A stretch of DNA of 64,000 nt. Origin: an uncultured virus (IMG/VR IMGVR_UViG_3300031951_000043) (lineage: Duplodnaviria; Heunggongvirae; Uroviricota; Caudoviricetes). Of this stretch, positions 57,975 through 64,000 are shown one piece after another. The notes below the pieces were generated by a model. That model saw nothing but the letters and a program-made list of their open reading frames with translations. It searched no databases and was not told the DNA's origin. Within the stretch, counting starts at the first letter, position 1. Each line of letters starts with the position of its first letter. A program made the translations under genes and the position numbers. Location: IMG/VR virus record IMGVR_UViG_3300031951_000043, one strand, 5' to 3'.

Positions 57975-59522
57975 ATGTCAGAAAAAAAATCATTAGTAGA
58001 AGATACTCTAATCCAAATGAGAAATTTGGAGGAAGCTATCCAAGAAAATGCAAAAGGAATACTTGCTTCAACCATGAAGGAAGAAATCAGTGATTTAGTA
58101 AAAGAGTCTTTAAATGAGACTGAAACAGAAGAGGAAATGGATGAAATGGAAATGGAGTCCAAGACCGATGATAAAGTTGACGAGCAAGAGTCATCCGATT
58201 TAGAAATGGACATGGATATGGAAGATGAAGTTAGTGACGAATCTGAAGAAGAGTCTGATGAAGATTCAGAAGAGATGATGGGCGCTGAAATGAATCTTGA
58301 CATGGACGTAGAAGATGAAGTCCCGATGGACTTAACAAACGCATCAACAGAAGAGCTTTTAAAAGTTTTTAAAGCTATGGGTGAAGAAGATGGTATTATC
58401 GTTAAAAAAGAAGATGATAAAATCCATCTAAAAGATGATTCAGAAGGTGTTGAATATATGATTGATTTAGGAGAAAGCATTAATGAACAACCTCTTGATT
58501 TGGGCGATGAGTCTGAGGAAGAAGAATTTGACTTTAATTTAGATGATGAATCTGAAGATGAGGAATTTGAATTCGATGAGTTTGAAGAAAGAATGCCAAT
58601 GCGTAAATCACATAGAATTCGCAAAATGAAAAGAGATGAAGAAATGCATGAACAATCATTTGCGGATGAGACAGAGTCTGAAAAACAAGCCGATATTGAT
58701 GCGATGTTAGACGATATCTTTAATGAATCAGAAGTATCTGAGGAGGAAGAGGTTGTCTATGAAATTGAGCTAGATGAAGAGGATGATAATGAAGATATGA
58801 CGGAAGAAACTGAAGAAACAGATGAGGAAATGAATGAAACCTATGATTTAGAGGAAGCATTCAAACCAAAAATGTTCAAAGGTAAAAATCCTGAAAATAA
58901 AACAAATAAAGGTCCGAAAAAGATGTTAATGAAAAAACCTACCGGAAAAATGTTTGGTATGACACCAAAAATCGGTAAAACAACAAAAACATCGGAATCT
59001 GATGTAAAGAAAGTTGAGACCAAAGAAGCAGCAAGAACCTTGGGTATGGGTAGTAAATTTAGAAAAGGTGGTTTACCAAAACCTAAAGCTGCCCCAAGAC
59101 ATCTCGGAGAAGATTTTGATTTTGAAGCGATGAACGCTGAGTTAGTTTCTTTAAGAGAAAAAAATGAAGAATATAGAAAAGCATTAAATATCTTCAGAGA
59201 AAAACTTAATGAGGTTGCTATATTCAATTCAAATCTTGCTTATGCGACAAGACTTTTCACCGAACATTCAACTTCTAAGCAAGAAAAAATTAATATTCTT
59301 AGAAGATTTGATGGTGTTGAGACAATTAAGGAATCTAAAAATCTTTACACAACAATAAAAGAGGAATTAAGTTCCAAGGGTGTTACACCAATAACCGAAT
59401 CGATTGAGTCAAAAATTGAAAAAACTCCATCTAGCGGTTCTGCGGCTAATTTGATTGAGTCAAAAACTTATGAGAATCCGCAGTTCTTGAGAATGAAAGA
59501 CCTCATGAATAAAATAAAATAA
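57975..59522 (+). CDS. Prohead scaffolding/core protein (gp22-like)
   Basis: Highly acidic, coiled coil, immediately upstream of the major capsid gene. Confidence 0.8.
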   Translation: MSEKKSLVEDTLIQMRNLEEAIQENAKGILASTMKEEISDLVKESLNETETEEEMDEMEMESKTDDKVDEQESSDLEMDMDMEDEVSDESEEESDEDSEEMMGAEMNLDMDVEDEVPMDLTNASTEELLKVFKAMGEEDGIIVKKEDDKIHLKDDSEGVEYMIDLGESINEQPLDLGDESEEEEFDFNLDDESEDEEFEFDEFEERMPMRKSHRIRKMKRDEEMHEQSFADETESEKQADIDAMLDDIFNESEVSEEEEVVYEIELDEEDDNEDMTEETEETDEEMNETYDLEEAFKPKMFKGKNPENKTNKGPKKMLMKKPTGKMFGMTPKIGKTTKTSESDVKKVETKEAARTLGMGSKFRKGGLPKPKAAPRHLGEDFDFEAMNAELVSLREKNEEYRKALNIFREKLNEVAIFNSNLAYATRLFTEHSTSKQEKINILRRFDGVETIKESKNLYTTIKEELSSKGVTPITESIESKIEKTPSSGSAANLIESKTYENPQFLRMKDLMNKIK

Positions 59523-59545
59523 ACCTAAAAAACAATTAAAAAACA

Positions 59546-61405
59546 ATGGGTGCATTATTAGAAAGCGGTCTTGTTGGTAACATTGGTCTTAAGCATCTTA
59601 AGGTTATCAAGGAAGACACAATTAACAAGTGGGACAAATTAGGATTCTTAGAGGGTCTTAGAGGTCACTTAAAGGAAAACATGGCTCAGTTGTATGAAAA
59701 CCAAGCTTCACATCTTATTAACGAAGCTGCTTCAACAACTGATAGCGGTTCATTTGAAACCGTAGTTTTCCCGATTATCAGAAGAGTTTTCTCAAAACTC
59801 TTGGCGAACGATATCGTATCAGTTCAAGCCATGAACCTTCCTATCGGTAAGTTATTCTACTTTATTCCGAGAATTCAGGGTTATACCGGCGCTACTGCTG
59901 ATGCCGCTATCCCCGGTGGTTTCTCAGATTCAGGTCAGCACTACGCTCCGGTTGGTTCTCCCGGTAACTATCCCGGAGATCCTAACACTGGATATCCCCC
60001 TGCTTCAAATGCTTATGGAAAGAATCTTTACGATCTCTTCTATGAGGGTAATGAGCCGGGATTAAATCCTGCCGGTCTTTTCGATTACTCAAAGGGTAGA
60101 TTCCTCATCGTAACTGCTAACACACAAACTGTTGCTTGGAGCGGTTCTGACCTTATCGCTTCTGCTTACACCGCTGGTGAATTCAGAAAGATTTTAGTCG
60201 CTCTTTCAGGTTTCTCAACTGTAGGTGCTGGTAAGCTTATTGGTCCTGATGGTCAAGAAATGGATACAGAGTCATTCTTGTCAGATCTTACTCTTTATAC
60301 TTCAAACGCAACAGTTGCTTCACAATTAGGTACTTCGACAATAACTCCTCTTCTTTACAGAGTTGTAACTCAGAAGTATGGTAAGGGTATTGTTGAGTAC
60401 GGTACCACAACTCAGGCTCCGTTTAACAGAACTACAACTGGTGGAAATGGTGGTTACTTTGATAACATCTGCTCACCGACCGGTATCATTTACCTCGAAG
60501 TTGACGCTCAAGTCCCTGTTTGTATTTCATGTAATAACGCTAACACAATTGATGGTTACTCTGGTGCCACTATTACATCTGCCGCTTGGTCAGGTTCATC
60601 TGGAAGTGGTCAAATTATGGCAGCTTGGAAGCGTTACGAAGAACTCGAATTTGAAGACAAGATTGGTGAAGTTTCGTTTGACCTTCAGTCAGTAACTGTT
60701 TCAGTAACTGAAAGAAAGTTAAGAGCACAATGGTCACCTGAACTCGCTCAAGACGTTGCGGCTTTCCACAACATTGATGCTGAGGCTGAATTAACCGCTC
60801 TCTTATCTGAACAAGTTGCTGCTGAAATCGACAGAGAAATCTTAAGAGATTTAAGAAAGGGTGCTGCTTGGACATTAAGATGGGATTACAATGGTTGGAA
60901 GAGATTAGGTACCGCTGCTGTTCCTTATACCCAAAAGGACTGGAACCAGACCCTCATCACCGCTATCAACCAAATCTCAGCACAAATCCACAAGTCAACC
61001 TTAAGAGGTGGTGCTAACTGGATTGTTGTATCATCTGAAATCTCAGCTATCTTCGACGATCTCGAATACTTCCACGTTTCAAACGCTGCTCCTGAACAGG
61101 ATCAGTACAACATGGGTATTGAGAAAATCGGTACATTAGCTGGAAGATATCAGGTTTACAGAGATCCTTACTTCCCACCCAACACTGTGTTGCTCGGTCA
61201 CAAGGGAACCTCTCTCTTAGATACTGGTTACGTCTACGCTCCGTATGTACCTCTCCAGTTAACTCCGACAATGTACAATCCGTTCAACTTTACCCCGATT
61301 AAGGGTATCATGACCCGTTACGCCAAAAAAATGGTAAATAACCGGTTCTATGGTAGAATTACTGTTGACGGTGTTCGTTCATTTGACTTAAGAGAATTGA
61401 GATAA
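59546..61405 (+). CDS. gp23: Major capsid protein (T4 gp23-like)
   Basis: RKLRAQWSPELAQD..DAEAEL..EIDREI, YAPYVPL, GIMTRY. Confidence 0.97.
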   Translation: MGALLESGLVGNIGLKHLKVIKEDTINKWDKLGFLEGLRGHLKENMAQLYENQASHLINEAASTTDSGSFETVVFPIIRRVFSKLLANDIVSVQAMNLPIGKLFYFIPRIQGYTGATADAAIPGGFSDSGQHYAPVGSPGNYPGDPNTGYPPASNAYGKNLYDLFYEGNEPGLNPAGLFDYSKGRFLIVTANTQTVAWSGSDLIASAYTAGEFRKILVALSGFSTVGAGKLIGPDGQEMDTESFLSDLTLYTSNATVASQLGTSTITPLLYRVVTQKYGKGIVEYGTTTQAPFNRTTTGGNGGYFDNICSPTGIIYLEVDAQVPVCISCNNANTIDGYSGATITSAAWSGSSGSGQIMAAWKRYEELEFEDKIGEVSFDLQSVTVSVTERKLRAQWSPELAQDVAAFHNIDAEAELTALLSEQVAAEIDREILRDLRKGAAWTLRWDYNGWKRLGTAAVPYTQKDWNQTLITAINQISAQIHKSTLRGGANWIVVSSEISAIFDDLEYFHVSNAAPEQDQYNMGIEKIGTLAGRYQVYRDPYFPPNTVLLGHKGTSLLDTGYVYAPYVPLQLTPTMYNPFNFTPIKGIMTRYAKKMVNNRFYGRITVDGVRSFDLRELR

Positions 61406-61430
61406 TAGACTCAAAAACAACAAAATAAAG

Positions 61431-61458
61431 AAGGCGGGAGATTTCTCCCGCTTTTTTT
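61431..61458 (+). terminator. Intrinsic terminator after the capsid gene
   Basis: GCGGGAGA-TT-TCTCCCGC plus T-tract. Confidence 0.85.
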
Positions 61459-61524
61459 ATTTATATTTTTCATGGTTAATTGACGATTCTATGGATTAAT
61501 GTTATATTTATTAAAAAGGTAAAA

Positions 61525-62952
61525 ATGAAAAAAATAGAACCAACAAAAGAACAAGTAGAAGAAATGCTACATTTATATAATGTCGAGTTACTTGGTTCTC
61601 CGACAATAGCGGAAAAAATGGGGCTATCAAAACCAACTGTAATACGTATCCTAAAAGAAAATGGTGCTAAGTTTGGACCGTCTGGTAGAAAATTTAAAGG
61701 GGGTAAATCAGTTTCCGATAAAAAATACCGAACTAAAAAAGAAGTTGTTGATAGAATAAAAAGTTATTTTAAAAATTGGTCAAAAGAAAACAAAGAACAT
61801 TTAAATGAATATTGTAAAAATTGGACTGAAAAAAACATAGAAAGGGTAAGAGCAAAAAAAGCCCAATATGAGCGAGAGAAAAAAGCAAAAGACCCCAAAT
61901 ACAAAATATCCAGCGTATTTAGAACCGCACTATATACAGCGTTAAAAGAAAAGGATATTCTTAAAGATAAAAAATGTTTTGAGTTATTAGGTTACACTAA
62001 AAATGATTTAATAAAACATTTAACTAAATTACTAGAACCCGGAATGACCTTAGAAAATTATGGTGAGTGGCATATCGATCATATAATTCCAATATCTAAA
62101 TTTAATTACACCTCAACGCAAGATGATGAATTTAAGGAATGTTGGTCATTAAGTAATTTAAAACCCATGTGGGGTCCAGAAAACATTAGTAAGAGTGATA
62201 AGATTATTGCGCATCAATATAAAATAAGACAACAAAAAGAAATCGAACAACAAAATGCAATTGATTTTAATATTACAAAAGTAAGTTTAAAGAATTGTGA
62301 AATTAGACAGATAACTAGAAAAGAATGTGAACCAATCATAAATGAATATGAATGGTTAGGTTATCTTCCAAGATATACAAATTATTATTTTGGTATTTTC
62401 TTTAAGATTGACGATAGAGAAATTCTTGGGGGTGTTGTCGCATATCAACCCGAATATGGTGAGAATATGGGGGTATGGGATAAATATGGTTATACGGGTA
62501 AAATAATACAATTAAGCAGAGGTGTTTGTCTTTGGTGGACACCAAAAAATACAGCATCTTTCTTTATTACAAGAACAAATGAATGGTTAAAAAAGAATAC
62601 ACACTATAAGGTAGTTACAGCAACCGTGGACTCTTCCGCTGGTGAAATTGGTACTATATATCAATCAATGAATTGGTATTATGTTGGTACGTTTGGTGGT
62701 AATATAACAAAAACCGGTAAAGAGAGAATTCGTTATGGTTATATTATAAATGGTAAGACATACAATCAAAGACATATAAGAAGTATGATTGGTACAGCAA
62801 AAAAAGAAAATGTGTTAAAGCATTTTCCAGATGTTAAAATGGTTAATTTGGGTAGGAAAAAAAGATATTTTACTTTCTTAGGTAATAAGAAAGAAAACGA
62901 AGAACTATTCAAACCAATAAAAAATTTAATTAAGGAATATCCGAAACGATAA
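61525..62952 (+). CDS. Fusion of HTH, HNH endonuclease and Mom-like GNAT DNA-modification domain
   Basis: IAEKMGLSKPTV; WHIDHIIP..NLKPMW..EN..K; QLSR..NTASFFI..GTIYQSMNW. Confidence 0.75.
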   Translation: MKKIEPTKEQVEEMLHLYNVELLGSPTIAEKMGLSKPTVIRILKENGAKFGPSGRKFKGGKSVSDKKYRTKKEVVDRIKSYFKNWSKENKEHLNEYCKNWTEKNIERVRAKKAQYEREKKAKDPKYKISSVFRTALYTALKEKDILKDKKCFELLGYTKNDLIKHLTKLLEPGMTLENYGEWHIDHIIPISKFNYTSTQDDEFKECWSLSNLKPMWGPENISKSDKIIAHQYKIRQQKEIEQQNAIDFNITKVSLKNCEIRQITRKECEPIINEYEWLGYLPRYTNYYFGIFFKIDDREILGGVVAYQPEYGENMGVWDKYGYTGKIIQLSRGVCLWWTPKNTASFFITRTNEWLKKNTHYKVVTATVDSSAGEIGTIYQSMNWYYVGTFGGNITKTGKERIRYGYIINGKTYNQRHIRSMIGTAKKENVLKHFPDVKMVNLGRKKRYFTFLGNKKENEELFKPIKNLIKEYPKR

Positions 62953-62954
62953 TA

Positions 62955-63197
62955 TTACCAAATTATTTTTTTCCAATCATCAATAAGTTTTTTTCTTTTT
63001 TCTTGGTCAATTCCAAGACTTTTTAAATCGTCCTCAATTTTTTGAACTAGTGTTGTTCTTTGTTCAATGATATTATCAACACCACCACCAAATGAAATTA
63101 CCTTTCCAATTTTTGTTACATTAGATAAAACTTCATGGTATTCTTGGGATGTTAATCCGGTTAAATGAAAGTTTGCTTGATATAATTGTTCACTCAT
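62955..63197 (-). CDS. Hypothetical protein
   Basis: Coupled ORF. Confidence 0.6.
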   Translation of the reverse strand: MSEQLYQANFHLTGLTSQEYHEVLSNVTKIGKVISFGGGVDNIIEQRTTLVQKIEDDLKSLGIDQEKRKKLIDDWKKIIW

Positions 63198-63402
63198 TGG
63201 TCATTATATATCTTAAAGCTTTGGATACAACTTCACTCTCCTCAAGAGAAAAGACTCCTCTTGAGTGTGCTGCTTTTATTGCTTGATTTAAACAATAAAT
63301 TGCTTGTTCATTTGTCATTCCATTTGAAAAAGCATCCAAATCATTATTTGAATAATAATTTATTGAATTAAATAACGTACCTATTGGTGTTTTTTCTTCC
63401 AT
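63190..63402 (-). CDS. Hypothetical protein
   Basis: ORF. Confidence 0.65.
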   Translation of the reverse strand: MEEKTPIGTLFNSINYYSNNDLDAFSNGMTNEQAIYCLNQAIKAAHSRGVFSLEESEVVSKALRYIMTNE

Positions 63403-63461
63403 TTTTATTTAAATATATAAAAATTTATCTCGCATTCAAGATATTTATTGTAAAAACTTTT

Positions 63462-64000
63462 ATGAAAGTTAAAAAAGAAATAATTTTTAGATTTTTGGAT
63501 TTAAGATTTAGTCGATATACGTTGGTTAAATCAAAATGTTCTGTTACTGGTGATTTGAGTTTTATCGTACCAGCTTGGGCAATGTATGCAATTGAATGCG
63601 GTAATTACGAGACATTAAGTGAAGAGGAAATTGAAAGTCTTAATGATTTTTTGGATGATTTGGTTAAAACTTATGGTAATGCTGTGTTAGCTTTTGGGGA
63701 TGAATCATATTTTTCAACAATCAATGATATTGATAATTTAGGTGGTGACGTTTTTCAGGCTAGTTTAGTTCCAAGTGTAGTAAATACCTATATTGTGGAT
63801 TTAAATAACGATAAATTAATAATGAAACACGAATTTAAAAGTAATTATGTTTTTTTTAAGGATATAATATTTGAAATGAATTCTATTTTTAGTTTAAAAG
63901 AAGACGATTACAATTCACTTAGAGAAATTATTAATGAGTGGGTTGAGGACAGATTTAATATACCAAGAAGTTTATCGACATTTCATACATTCTCAAAAAT
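63462..64000 (+). CDS. Hypothetical protein, runs off the window
   Basis: ATG downstream of ATATTTAT; frame appears open to the end. Confidence 0.65.
   Translation, partial: MKVKKEIIFRFLDLRFSRYTLVKSKCSVTGDLSFIVPAWAMYAIECGNYETLSEEEIESLNDFLDDLVKTYGNAVLAFGDESYFSTINDIDNLGGDVFQASLVPSVVNTYIVDLNNDKLIMKHEFKSNYVFFKDIIFEMNSIFSLKEDDYNSLREIINEWVEDRFNIPRSLSTFHTFSK

Noticed and set aside
57938..58624. Long antisense ORFs (also 37-435, 13640-14227, 17304-17498, 48829-49422)
   Set aside because: Shadows of repetitive or compositionally biased sense genes.
1..64000. Stop-codon reassignment
   Set aside because: Core genes are intact in the standard code, TAG and TGA end genes at sensible places, and no suppressor tRNA was found.

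Overview
AT-rich segment of a T4-like jumbo myophage, most likely infecting a Bacteroidota host (TTTG-N20-TAnnTTTG promoters, A-rich leaders without Shine-Dalgarno sites, T9SS-type domains). It contains the head module (large terminase, intein-containing portal, prohead protease, scaffold, gp23-like major capsid), tail-fibre-like and lysis genes, a tmRNA, a ClpC interrupted by a split intein, four paralogous LRR genes, and two tRNA clusters (22 intact tRNAs plus one degenerate, covering all 20 amino acids) interleaved with unannotated structured RNAs. Best candidate for an undescribed system: a 32-codon leader peptide (42296-42198, minus strand) with a terminator/antiterminator pair heads the large tRNA array. 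Its codons 2-24 use exactly the 16 amino acids whose tRNAs lie downstream, suggesting a ribosome-mediated attenuator that senses depletion of any of those tRNAs. All family assignments come from motifs recognised by eye; no database search was run.
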